A stretch of DNA of 37,356 bases. It comes from Acidobacteriota bacterium (GTDB taxonomy: Bacteria > Acidobacteriota > Vicinamibacteria > Vicinamibacterales > UBA8438). Where the stretch lies: assembly GCA_002712885.1 (NCBI GenBank), contig PAUN01000056.1, positions 33,135-70,490 of the forward strand, written 5' to 3'. The position numbers and the translations under genes were made by a program. The notes under the pieces were generated by a model. That model was not told the DNA's origin, made no database searches, and saw only the letters and a list, made by a program, of their open reading frames with translations. Numbering within the stretch: position 1 is the first letter of the stretch; each line of letters starts with the position of its first letter. Shown in pieces: positions 9,424-18,649 of this stretch.

Positions 9424-10947
9424 CTAAGTGATAACCAGCGCCCCCTTGGCCAACAGCACCGACAAGGCCCCCAGAAAGTCGGGCAAGCTGACCGGGGGGC
9501 ACCGCCGAACATACGCCTCGAAGAGGTCCGGCACCTGCTCATACTCAGGGGCGAGTTCCACCAGCCGCACCAGATCGATATCCCGCAGGAACCGGATGCC
9601 ATGACCGTCGGCTGGCCAGGTCGGGAGGACGAGCCGCTCTTCGAGGACCACCTCCCGGGTGGTAAGCGCCGGCCTCGCTTCGATCCGGAGCCTGTCGCCG
9701 CGACGCAATCCGATCTGGCGTGCTCCACGAAGCGCCTCGAAGGCGGCGAGCACGGCTGCATCCTCGCGCAGCCGGGCGATGTCGACATCCGCCGCCGGTT
9801 CTGGGCCCGCTGGGTCCCCGGCGCCTGCGCGTCCTGTCCAGAACGGGTGCAGGTGACGCGCGGCAGCTTCGGCGAAGAAGGTTGTCGACTGCCGGACGGA
9901 GGCGTCGTGAATCTCCCGCTCCCGCGTTGTAAACAGATCGAGGGCCACACCGGCGAGCGAGACGTTGGTCAACGAAGTGTGGACGACGACCGCCGCCAAC
10001 CACGCCGACGCGAGCGCCTTCTTGACGCCGTAGGACGACAGGGGGTCGATGAACGAGGCCGCGTCGCCCACCAGCAGGACGCCCGGACCACCGCAGACGT
10101 CTGCGTGGTACAGGGATGCGTCGCAGCCCCACGGGACCGTGTTCCGGGTCGCGCCCTCGAGCAGACCACGCAGTGCCGCCGTCTTACCGATCTCACGTTC
10201 GTATCGGGAAATCACGCCGCGATCGCCCCCCAAGTCCGTGGTGCGAGGGTCGACCATGACCGTGACGTAGCGTCGCAGTGGGGTGACCGGCACCGACCAC
10301 GCCCAGCCATCCGCATAGGTCTCGACCAGGGTGTGACTGGCATCGGCGAGGCCCCAGCCATCCGGCCGCGTCCAGGTCGCCGCCAAGGCGAGCGTCGTCT
10401 GGGTGGGGTCCGCGACCCGGTAGCCACGTCGAGCCACCACGCCGGTCCGGCCGGAGCAATCGAGCACGAAGGAGGCCTGCACCTCGTGGCGACTCTGGTC
10501 ATCGGTGCCGTACTCGACGGTGGACACCGCGGGACCAGGGCGACCGTTCGCTGACGCGAGCCGTACGTCGCGCACGAGCGCGCCCCTCACCACCTGGGCC
10601 CCGGCCGAGGCCGCGAGCCGCAGCAACAGTGCGTCGAAGTCGTGCCGCACCACCTGCCACCCGGTGGCCCCGTCGACGAACGCGGCCGTCCGCGTGGTGC
10701 CCTCACCCCACCACACCGTGTTGCCGGTGCTGGTCAGGAACCCGCCATTGTTAATGGCGTCGGTGGCGCCGAGCAGGTCGAACAGCTTCTCGCAACTGGG
10801 TGGCAGCGATTCGCCCAGCGACCGCGTGTGGTCGACCGTTCGTGTCAACAACCGAACGGAGTGCCCCCACGAGGCCAGCAACCGGGCCGCGGCGGCCCCG
10901 GCCGGTCCACCCCCAATGATGACCGCGTCGAACGGTTCGCTGACCAC
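9424..10947 (-). CDS. qhpG: FAD-dependent monooxygenase (halogenase-like fold), putative CTQ tryptophan hydroxylase
   Basis: IIGGGPAG FAD-binding motif, GESLPP, DCSGR, GWAWSVP, VGDAASFIDPLSSYGV; extra C-terminal helical domain; directly upstream of qhpA. Confidence 0.87.
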   Translation of the reverse strand: MVSEPFDAVIIGGGPAGAAAARLLASWGHSVRLLTRTVDHTRSLGESLPPSCEKLFDLLGATDAINNGGFLTSTGNTVWWGEGTTRTAAFVDGATGWQVVRHDFDALLLRLAASAGAQVVRGALVRDVRLASANGRPGPAVSTVEYGTDDQSRHEVQASFVLDCSGRTGVVARRGYRVADPTQTTLALAATWTRPDGWGLADASHTLVETYADGWAWSVPVTPLRRYVTVMVDPRTTDLGGDRGVISRYEREIGKTAALRGLLEGATRNTVPWGCDASLYHADVCGGPGVLLVGDAASFIDPLSSYGVKKALASAWLAAVVVHTSLTNVSLAGVALDLFTTREREIHDASVRQSTTFFAEAAARHLHPFWTGRAGAGDPAGPEPAADVDIARLREDAAVLAAFEALRGARQIGLRRGDRLRIEARPALTTREVVLEERLVLPTWPADGHGIRFLRDIDLVRLVELAPEYEQVPDLFEAYVRRCPPVSLPDFLGALSVLLAKGALVIT

Positions 10948-11053
10948 CCGCGCATTGTGTCCCGTGTCGCGACGATGGAGCCAGCCATGCGGCTTTCCAC
11001 ATACAATCCGATCCGACCTCCAGGCTCGCTCCTGACGAGATCGGATCTGCCGT

Positions 11054-12907
11054 GTGATCGATCCGCACTTCCGCCGCGCTTTGACCTACCTGACGCCGTA
11101 CTGGGGACGACTGACCCTGGTGCTGGTGCTGAGCCTGGTCTCGACGGCAACGTCGTTGCTGATTCCGCTGCTCTCGCAGTGGCTCATCGATGACGCGATC
11201 CTTGGGGCAGACCCGGGCGCCCTGCGCCTCGTGGTGCTGTCGTTTGTCGGCACCACGGTGCTCGGGTTCGTGCTCAACGTCTGGAGCGGGCTCCGATACA
11301 CGCGGGTCTCGGCCGACATCCTCTTCGACATGCGGCTGGCGCTCTACCGACACCTGCAAGCGCTGTCGCCGCGCTTCTACGCGCGGACCCGGTTCGGCGA
11401 CATCATGTCGCGGCTGAACACCGACATCGGCGAAATTCAGCGCGTGGCGGCCGAAGTGGTGCTGGCCTGGGTGGGCAACGTCCTGTTCCTGCTGGGCGCC
11501 GTCGGCATGCTCGCATACCTCGACATGCAGCTCTTCCTGGTCGGCATCGCCCTGCTGCCCCTCAGCCTGTGGGCGTTGGTGCACTACCGTCGTCGCCTCG
11601 AAGGACGCGTCGCCACCCTGCGCGATCGCAGCGCCGACATCGGCAGCTTCCTCATCGAGACCCTGCAGGGCGTCAAACTGGTCGTCACGTCCAACGCCCA
11701 GCCGCGCGAGGTGGCGCGGTTCCGGGAACGCAACGCCCGCTTCATCGACGCACTGATGGCGATGCAATGGACCAGCTATCTGTCCGGCGGGTTGCCTGGA
11801 GCGGTGCTCTCTGGCGGCTCCGCGCTCGTGTTCTTGTACGGAGGGCTCCGCGTCATCGACGGCACGCTCACGCTGGGGACGCTCGTGGCGGTCATGGCCT
11901 ACCAGATGCGGTTGTTCGGGCCGGTGCAGGCCCTGATGGGGCTCTATACAAGTCTGGCGACGGTGCGGGTCTCCCTACGGCGGGTCCATGAAATTCTGGA
12001 TGTCGCGCCGGAAGTGGTCGAAAGCGCTACGCCCGTCTCTCTCTCCGCCGTGCGTGGCGAGATCCAGTTGGACGATGTCACCTTTTCGTTCGATCGCGGT
12101 GCGCCGGTGCTGGAGCATGTCAGCGTGTGGGTCGCGCCGGGCGAGTGCCTCGCGATCGTCGGACCGAGCGGCGGCGGCAAGAGTACCGTCGCGGACCTGT
12201 TGCTGCGTCTGGTCGACCCCGATGCGGGGTGCGTTCGGTTGGATGGACACGACCTTCGGACCTTGCGACTGGCGGAACTGCGGACCCACGTCGCGCTGGT
12301 CGACCAGGAGCCGTCGGTATTCCACGCCTCCGTCGCTGACAACATTCGCTATGGGCGGCCCGACGCCAGCGACTCGGCGCTGGAGGCGGCCGCGCACGCC
12401 GCCGGCCTCGACGCGTTCATCGCGACGTTGCCAGACGGCTTCGAGACCACGCTGGGGGAGCGAGGCGCCGCCTTCTCGGCCGGAGAGCGTCAACGCGTGG
12501 CGGTGGCCAGAGCGTTGCTCGCGGACCCGACCGTGCTCGTGCTCGACGAAGCGACCGCGGCGCTCGACCCCCAGTCAGAGCGGAAGGTCATCGACGGCTA
12601 CGAGGCCGTCATGCGGGGGCGCACAACAATCCTCATCACCCACCGGGCCTCGGTGGCCAGCCGGGCCGACCGGGTCGTGGTGCTGGACGGCGCGCGGATT
12701 GTCGAAGAGGGAACGCCGGCCGACCTCTTGACACGATCGGGCCGGTTCGCCGAGCTCTTCGCCGTAGATGAGGATGGCTCCAGCGATCCGCCTCGGTCAC
12801 TGACGGAAGCCGGACATCACCTGGCCGCCGAGGCGATCCCCGCGGCGCCGACGACCGGTCCGTCGGCGGCAAAGATCTCGCCATCGTCCGAGACGAACAG
12901 CGGGTGA
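11054..12907 (+). CDS. qhpF: ABC exporter with fused TMD and NBD, putative gamma-subunit exporter
   Basis: N-terminal multi-helix membrane domain, Walker A GPSGGGKS, signature FSAGERQR, Walker B LVLDE; divergent from qhpG and coupled to the S8 peptidase. The symbol rests on context. Confidence 0.8.
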   Translation: MIDPHFRRALTYLTPYWGRLTLVLVLSLVSTATSLLIPLLSQWLIDDAILGADPGALRLVVLSFVGTTVLGFVLNVWSGLRYTRVSADILFDMRLALYRHLQALSPRFYARTRFGDIMSRLNTDIGEIQRVAAEVVLAWVGNVLFLLGAVGMLAYLDMQLFLVGIALLPLSLWALVHYRRRLEGRVATLRDRSADIGSFLIETLQGVKLVVTSNAQPREVARFRERNARFIDALMAMQWTSYLSGGLPGAVLSGGSALVFLYGGLRVIDGTLTLGTLVAVMAYQMRLFGPVQALMGLYTSLATVRVSLRRVHEILDVAPEVVESATPVSLSAVRGEIQLDDVTFSFDRGAPVLEHVSVWVAPGECLAIVGPSGGGKSTVADLLLRLVDPDAGCVRLDGHDLRTLRLAELRTHVALVDQEPSVFHASVADNIRYGRPDASDSALEAAAHAAGLDAFIATLPDGFETTLGERGAAFSAGERQRVAVARALLADPTVLVLDEATAALDPQSERKVIDGYEAVMRGRTTILITHRASVASRADRVVVLDGARIVEEGTPADLLTRSGRFAELFAVDEDGSSDPPRSLTEAGHHLAAEAIPAAPTTGPSAAKISPSSETNSG

Positions 12908-13602
12908 TGACCGACAGGCCGATTCGCGTGGCCGTGATTGACAGCGGCGTGAACGCCACCCACCCGCACATCGGTGGCGTGGCGGGAGGCGTCGCCATCG
13001 CGTCCGACGGCTCGACCCACCCTGACTATCTCGACCGGCTTGGACATGGGACCGCGGTGGCGGCCGCCATCAAGGAACGCGCGCCCGGGGCTGAGTTATT
13101 CTGCGTGAAGGTGTTTCACCGCGACCTCACCGCCACGATCGCGGCGCTCATCGCCGCCATCGACTGGTCCGCGGGCCAGCGGGCGGATCTGATCAACCTC
13201 AGCCTGGGCACGTCGAACCCCGACCACGCCGCCGGGTTGCGGGACGCCGTAGAGCGGGCCACTGACGCCGGTGCATTGCTGGTCGCGGCCGGCACGAGTG
13301 GCGGGGTGGACTACCTGCCCGGTAGTCTCACGGGCGTGGTCAGGGTCGAACTCGACTGGGCGTGTCCGCGGCTGGGGGCAACCGTGTCCGGGGAGGGCGC
13401 CGCGGCGGTGTGCGGCGCATCGGGTTACGCGAGACCGATGCCCGGTGTGTCGCCCGAGCGCAACTTGAAGGGGATCAGTTTCGCCGTCGCGAACACCACG
13501 GGTGTTCTCGCCCGAGAGCTGCGACCCGGTAGCCGAGCTACTGTGTTGACTGCTATCGAGGCCCTACGACGCGTGAGCACCGGGATCGAGCAACGCCCGT
13601 AG
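12904..13602 (+). CDS. qhpE: Small cytoplasmic subtilisin-like S8 peptidase, putative gamma-subunit leader peptidase
   Basis: Catalytic triad motifs VAVIDSG (Asp), GHGT (His), GISFA (Ser) plus INLSLG; about 230 aa with no signal or propeptide; overlaps the ABC gene stop. Confidence 0.85.
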   Translation: MMTDRPIRVAVIDSGVNATHPHIGGVAGGVAIASDGSTHPDYLDRLGHGTAVAAAIKERAPGAELFCVKVFHRDLTATIAALIAAIDWSAGQRADLINLSLGTSNPDHAAGLRDAVERATDAGALLVAAGTSGGVDYLPGSLTGVVRVELDWACPRLGATVSGEGAAAVCGASGYARPMPGVSPERNLKGISFAVANTTGVLARELRPGSRATVLTAIEALRRVSTGIEQRP

Positions 13603-14069
13603 ACAGGAGTCGCTGATCCCTCACCGGCGCAGCGGGCCGACTAGGGCTCTATTCGCAAGATAGCCTTTCGAAACTCCGAGACGCCGATGAGGCGGCGTTC
13701 AGCTTGGCGCGGCTGATTGGTCACGTTCGGTGGCGGCGGCGCGGCCCGCCCGACGTGCGGCGCGGCTCACGACGACGTTCCCGCGGGGAACGCCGTCGGC
13801 CGACTCGCTCACCGGTCTCAGCCGACGAGAACGGCCGGCATAGGACCGCTGGCGTCGCCCTGAGGAGACACCATGGATTGGTCCTAGTTCTTGCGCAGGA
13901 GCGCACCGAAAAGCTGTCAAGCGCTAAATGGAGAGGTGGTGTGATTAGGGTCCTGGTCGAGCATCGGCGCCGGGTGGAGACTGGTCCGCCTATTTTTCGA
14001 ACGAGAGTGGCACCGACGATGTCTGACAAGCTCCGCTCGCCGGTCGCGTCCTCCAAGGGTCCCGCCCCC

Positions 14070-14270
14070 AGCTAAGAACAGACACGCCCAAGACGACCAG
14101 GGCGATGAGCCCCAGGAGCATGATGCCGTCACACTCGATGGGGACCCAGGCCCAGGTGGGCAGGCCCTTCTTCGCCGGTCCTGAACCGGGTGGGCCAGGT
14201 GCGCAGCAACCGAGGCGGCGGGAGGAGGGGTCGGAGAGCCTGGCAGGGGCGGCGGCCCGGGGTCGGACCC
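14070..14270 (-). pseudogene. Probable remnant of a Pro-rich, single-TM membrane protein gene (frameshifted)
   Basis: One frame gives GSDPGPPPLPGSPTPPPAASVAA. A shifted frame continues APGPPGSGPAKKGLPTWAWVPIECDGIMLLGLIALVVLGVSVLS. No convincing start or downstream domain. Confidence 0.4.
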
Positions 14271-14271
14271 C
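14259..14271. repeat. GGGGTCGGACCCC palindrome (REP-like) followed by a T-rich tract
   Basis: Perfect 6-bp inverted repeat around one base, followed by GTTATTTCTTTTCT. Confidence 0.4.
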
Positions 14272-14344
14272 GTTATTTCTTTTCTCGAGGAATCGGCAAG
14301 AGGACCGACCTCACGGCCGGCCCTCATCAGCCCGCAATCGAACG

Positions 14345-14806
14345 CTAGTGGCCCTGTCGGGTCAACGGGATATCGAACGTGCCATTGACGGTGATGGTGA
14401 ATGTATCGCCGACCAGGCTGTAGCTCAGCTCGTCAAGCCCGGCGACGTCGCCGTTGTTCTTGAAGCTCACGGAGTTGTCGCCGATTGCGGTCAGATTCAT
14501 CACCTGAAAGCCGTCGTACCGCGGCTCCATGCCCGGGTTCCACTGTTTGAGACGCAGCACCAGGGAATTCCCCACTTCCTCGACGACAATGAACTCCATC
14601 ATATTCATGGCCCCGTCACCATCCATCCCCCTCACCAGCGAGGCGATGGAACCACCTCTGGGCGGGGCCCAATTCTCTTCGAGACCATCGCTACTGTAGC
14701 GACCGGTCATCCAGGAGAGATCAGTGACCTTGGCCGACGGCCCCTGCGCGAGCGCGGGGACGGACACCAGGAGAGCAAGCACAGAGAGGATAAGCAGACG
14801 CCGCAT
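14345..14806 (-). CDS. Secreted hypothetical protein (DUF6265-like)
   Basis: Signal peptide MRRLLILSVLALLVSVPALAQ; DLSWMTGRY..EENWAPPRGG and LRLKQW patterns; GAAGGGAAG upstream; last gene of the ankyrin-DUF1592-DUF1552 run. Confidence 0.7.
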   Translation of the reverse strand: MRRLLILSVLALLVSVPALAQGPSAKVTDLSWMTGRYSSDGLEENWAPPRGGSIASLVRGMDGDGAMNMMEFIVVEEVGNSLVLRLKQWNPGMEPRYDGFQVMNLTAIGDNSVSFKNNGDVAGLDELSYSLVGDTFTITVNGTFDIPLTRQGH

Positions 14807-14847
14807 GGCACTTCCCTTCAGAGTAGAGGAACGAGAAAACGAGTCCT

Positions 14848-16179
14848 TTACACGCCGGACAACAACGGCAACTCGCCGGTGCTGTCGCCGAATGACTCCA
14901 CGTTGACACCGAACTTGTCCAAGAGACTCACCGACAGGTTCGCCAGCGGAGTGCCCTTCGGGTAGACGAGGTGGCGATTCCCCGCCAGCCCATTCTCTGG
15001 CCCGCCAATGACGACGACCGGCACGCTGTAGTTGTTGTGGGTGTTGCCGTCGCTCATGCCCTTGCCGTAGAGAACGACCGTGCTGTCCAGCAGCGTCCCA
15101 TCGGCTTCCGGAATCGACTGCAGTTTGTTCAGGTAGTACGCAAGGGTTTCGACGTGATAGGTGTTCAGCTTCGAGAAGTCTTTCATCTTCTCCGGATTGT
15201 TGCCGTGGTGCGACATGGAATGGTGCGCCTCCGGCAAGCCAATCTCGTTGTAGGCACGATTGATGTTTTCGCGCGCCATCATGAACGTCGTGACCCGGGT
15301 CACGTCCGCCTGGAACGTCAAGACCTGCAGGTCGAACATCAGCTCGGCGTATTCCCTGAACGTGTCTGGCACCCCGACCGGACGTTCCGGGAGATCGAAG
15401 TCGCTGTTGGTCGACTCGGCCCGGGCGATGCGCTGTTCCACGTCGCGAATCGAGCCGAGATACTCGCCGAGCTTGGCCCGGTCCGACCCGCCCAGCTTGT
15501 TCGAGAGCGTCGCGATCTCCTGCGACAGGCCGTCGAGAATACTGCGGTCTTCCTGCACGCGCACCGCGCGCTCCTCAGCAGTGTCCCCACTGCCAAACAA
15601 CCGCTCGAACACGAAGCGCGGGTTCGTTTCCGCCGGCAGCGGCATCGTGGGGCTCTTCCACGCCATCGAGTTCATATAGGCGCAGGCGTAACCGTGGTCG
15701 CAGGCGCCCACGACATCGTTCCGATCCACCGACACTTCCAACGACGACAGCTTTGAGTCGCGGCAGATGCGCTCGGCGATCAGTTGATCGACGGTGGTGC
15801 CGGCCTGCACATCCGCACCCTCGGTCTGCTTCGGATGTACCGAGCTCATGAACGCGGGAGCGGCGCGGGGGTGCTGACCGCCGGAGTCGCCCTGGTCCGT
15901 CGCCGGGAAGTTGTCCAGGCCGGTGAAGACGAGCATCCGATCCCGGTAGGGCTCCAGCGGGGTCAGGGTCGGCGAGAGCTGGAACCCGACCCCCTCAGTG
16001 GGCGGCGTCCAATCGAACATGTTGGCACCATTCCCAACGTAGATCGCCGCGAACCGCGGCGTCCCCGGAGCCCGAGCCGACAGGGCCGGCACCATCGCAT
16101 CGAGGAACGGTAAGGCCAGCGTGGCGCCCATGCCGCGAAGGAACGTCCGTCTCGGTAACGCCATCTTGGTGAGTACCAT
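14848..16179 (-). CDS. DUF1552 family protein with Tat-like signal
   Basis: LPRRTFLRGMGATLALPFLDAM, CDHGYACAY, NPRFVFERLFG, SILD, HHSMSHH, GTLLD, GMSDGNTH and FGDSTG. Start placed at ATG 16179. Confidence 0.88.
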   Translation of the reverse strand: MVLTKMALPRRTFLRGMGATLALPFLDAMVPALSARAPGTPRFAAIYVGNGANMFDWTPPTEGVGFQLSPTLTPLEPYRDRMLVFTGLDNFPATDQGDSGGQHPRAAPAFMSSVHPKQTEGADVQAGTTVDQLIAERICRDSKLSSLEVSVDRNDVVGACDHGYACAYMNSMAWKSPTMPLPAETNPRFVFERLFGSGDTAEERAVRVQEDRSILDGLSQEIATLSNKLGGSDRAKLGEYLGSIRDVEQRIARAESTNSDFDLPERPVGVPDTFREYAELMFDLQVLTFQADVTRVTTFMMARENINRAYNEIGLPEAHHSMSHHGNNPEKMKDFSKLNTYHVETLAYYLNKLQSIPEADGTLLDSTVVLYGKGMSDGNTHNNYSVPVVVIGGPENGLAGNRHLVYPKGTPLANLSVSLLDKFGVNVESFGDSTGELPLLSGV

Positions 16180-16213
16180 GAACAACAACCTTTCAGAGAT
16201 TCTGCACCAGCAA

Positions 16214-18649
16214 TTAGTTCGCGTGCTCTTGCGCCATCCGCATTTGAAACGGAGCGCTGGCGACAATGCCTTGTATCAGCGAGGCAAAGGCGTAGTCGTC
16301 CCTCGCGGCGGCTCGCTTGATCTCCCGTACCACGGGCGCATCGGTCGCCTCCAACCCTCTCCCCAGCGCATAGGTCAGCAGTCGGTCAGTCACCGTGGTC
16401 AAGAAGTCATCCGAGTGACTCAACAACACCGCGCGAAGCTCGGCCGGGCCGGCGAAAGTCGTGCCATCGGGAAACTTGGCTGATGGGTCGATCGGCACAC
16501 CGGACGGATAGATCTCCCTCCATTCGCCGATCGCGTCAAAGTTTTCAAGCGCGAAACCGAGCTGGTCCATCTGCGCGTGACAACTCGCGCAGACGGGGTG
16601 GGCCCGATGCGCCGCCATCTGCTCGCGGATCGGCAGCACCTTCCGCGGGTCTCGGACCTCTTCGAGGTCCGGTACGTCAGGCGGTGGCGGCGGTGGCGGG
16701 GCTCCGAGAATGTTGTCCAGAATCCACTTGCCGCGGATGACCGGCGAAGTCCGATTCGCTCGCGAGGTGCCGGTGAGAATAGAACCCTGCCCGAGCAGCC
16801 CGCGGCGAACGCTGTCGGCCGGAAGCGATACGCGTCTAAACCGCGCTCCGTGGACGCCCGGAATCCCGTAGTGAGTCGCCAGCCGCTCATTCAGGAACGT
16901 GTAGTCCGCATCCAGCAGGTCGAGGACACTCCGGTTTTCGCGAATGATGCTGTCGAAGAACAGCTGTGTCTCGCGCTCGAAGGCGTTCCGTAAACCGTCG
17001 TCGAAGTGAAACAGTAACTCCGGGCTCGGTTGCAACGTCGCCACGTTGCGAATATGCAGCCACTGACCGGCGAAGTTGTCGACCAGCGCCTGCGAACGCG
17101 GGTCCGCCAGCATGCGTCGCACCTGCTCTTGCAAGATCGAGGGTTCGCGTAGCGTCTCTTGCCCGGCCAAGTCGAGCAGTTCGTCGTCCGGGATGGTGCT
17201 CCAGAGAAAGAATGAGAGACGCGTGGCCAGTTCGAGATCCGAAATGCGATAGGGGGTCTCAGCCACGGCTGACGCCGGCTGCGCCTCGAACCGGAACAGG
17301 AAGTTCGGGCTGACGAGGATGCCGCGCACCGCCAGTTCGATACCGGACTCGAACCCGCCGGCGCGCGCACCGTCACGATACAACGACAGTGGGCCCTCGA
17401 GATCCGCATCAGTGACCGGGCGCCGATAGGCCCGCCGTGCCAGCGTCGCGATGATGGTCTTCGCGCAGGCCACGTCGTCTTCAGACGTCGGCGCGCAGAC
17501 CAGCAATCGGCGACGACTGGGCGAGTCGCCTACGGACGCCGCGCCGGCCGGAGGACCGATAATGGTCACACTGGAGATCGCCGGCTCGCCGTTGCCGGCT
17601 CGGTACGGATCTCGACGCAGGTCCGGGTCGAACAGATCCTCGACGTAGGCCGAGGTCTTGGCCGCGAAGTACACCTCCACCTGATACGCACCAGCCTTGA
17701 CCGGCACCTGGAATCGCAGGCTCTCCAAAATCGCGGCGATACGATCGTCTCCGCGCAGCCCCTCCAGGGCGGGTCCACCGACCGTACCGGTCCAGACCCT
17801 GACCCCATCGAGACTCACGTCGAGCTGATGCGGCTCGGCCGTGACCCCCACGAACCCACCATCGACGCCGCCCTCTCTCGGCCGCATGTCGAAGCGGTAG
17901 TCCCCGTCGACCGGGAAGTAGTAGCGAAACACGGTGCCGCCACGCGACCCAAATGGCAGGTCGTCGCTAATACGGACACCCTGATCGCGATCGGTGGGCA
18001 CCAAGATCGTCTCCGGTGGCGGCGACCCTCGTAGCCGTCCAAGCGCCATCTGACTGATCTTCGCGGCCGCGCTCAGATACCGCTCGGTCAAGGCCGACGA
18101 CAGCGTCAGCGCGTCCGCATTGTTGTCGAATCCATAGGCGGCGTTGTCCGCCGGCAACAACGACGCATCAACGTCGACCGCGAGCAGGTCGCGCACCGCG
18201 TTGCGATACTCGGCGCGGTTCAGTCGATGCAGCGTGGGCCGACCCGGGTTGGGATGCTCCAGCGCCGCGCGGTCGAGCTGCGTCTCAAGCCATGTGGCCA
18301 CGTCACTCGAGGAGGCGGCGTCTGGCCGCGGACGTCCGGCGGGGGGCATCGCGCCCGTCCGCAGCTTGCGGATGACCTGTTCCCACACGTCCGCACGCGC
18401 GGGCACCTGGGCCACGTCCAGGGTGTCGAGCGCGAGTCCGCCGATCTGAGCCCGTTCGTTGTGACACGCGAAGCAGTACTGCCGCAACACGGCCCGAACC
18501 TCCGGCTCGGCCACCTCGGCGGGCTTCTGGGCCATGCGACCGCGAGCCCGCGTTAGAGTAGGGCCTGCCGCCCCCACCCGCGCGTGAGCGAAGACGGCGG
18601 CGACGATACAGACGAAGCCGATGACCCGGGTCGATCGCGGGGCCGTCAT
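16214..18649 (-). CDS. DUF1592/1588/1587/1595/1585 (planctomycete cytochrome c / PSD domain) protein with two haem c motifs
   Basis: CFACH and CASCH; HRLNRAEYRNAVRDLL, YGFDN, ELATRLSFFLWS, NFAGQWL, RTSPVIRGKWIL, GFALENFD and LLTYALGRG. ATG 18649 overlaps the ankyrin gene stop (ATGA). Confidence 0.9.
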   Translation of the reverse strand: MTAPRSTRVIGFVCIVAAVFAHARVGAAGPTLTRARGRMAQKPAEVAEPEVRAVLRQYCFACHNERAQIGGLALDTLDVAQVPARADVWEQVIRKLRTGAMPPAGRPRPDAASSSDVATWLETQLDRAALEHPNPGRPTLHRLNRAEYRNAVRDLLAVDVDASLLPADNAAYGFDNNADALTLSSALTERYLSAAAKISQMALGRLRGSPPPETILVPTDRDQGVRISDDLPFGSRGGTVFRYYFPVDGDYRFDMRPREGGVDGGFVGVTAEPHQLDVSLDGVRVWTGTVGGPALEGLRGDDRIAAILESLRFQVPVKAGAYQVEVYFAAKTSAYVEDLFDPDLRRDPYRAGNGEPAISSVTIIGPPAGAASVGDSPSRRRLLVCAPTSEDDVACAKTIIATLARRAYRRPVTDADLEGPLSLYRDGARAGGFESGIELAVRGILVSPNFLFRFEAQPASAVAETPYRISDLELATRLSFFLWSTIPDDELLDLAGQETLREPSILQEQVRRMLADPRSQALVDNFAGQWLHIRNVATLQPSPELLFHFDDGLRNAFERETQLFFDSIIRENRSVLDLLDADYTFLNERLATHYGIPGVHGARFRRVSLPADSVRRGLLGQGSILTGTSRANRTSPVIRGKWILDNILGAPPPPPPPDVPDLEEVRDPRKVLPIREQMAAHRAHPVCASCHAQMDQLGFALENFDAIGEWREIYPSGVPIDPSAKFPDGTTFAGPAELRAVLLSHSDDFLTTVTDRLLTYALGRGLEATDAPVVREIKRAAARDDYAFASLIQGIVASAPFQMRMAQEHAN

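Noticed and set aside
9296-9502. N-terminal extension of qhpA in the ORF track
   Set aside because: It overlaps qhpG and precedes a better ATG (9295) that has an RBS and signal peptide.
7673-10554. Long plus-strand ORFs 7673-9085 (470 aa) and 9082-10554 (490 aa)
   Set aside because: Arg/Pro/Gly-rich antisense frames of qhpA and qhpG, expected in high-GC DNA; no domain motifs.
9424-10947. Tryptophan halogenase or stand-alone RiPP antibiotic cluster interpretation
   Set aside because: It has a WxWxVP-like motif, but adjacency to qhpA/D/C/B makes QhpG monooxygenase the better call. The rSAM, peptidase, ABC exporter and small peptide are explained by QHNDH maturation.
13641-13905. Possible IS element between the CTAG sites
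   Set aside because: No transposase ORF and only a poor inverted match between the putative ends; kept only as a low-interest scar.
14105-14965. 286-aa plus-strand ORF
   Set aside because: Antisense to the DUF6265-like and DUF1552 genes; no family features.
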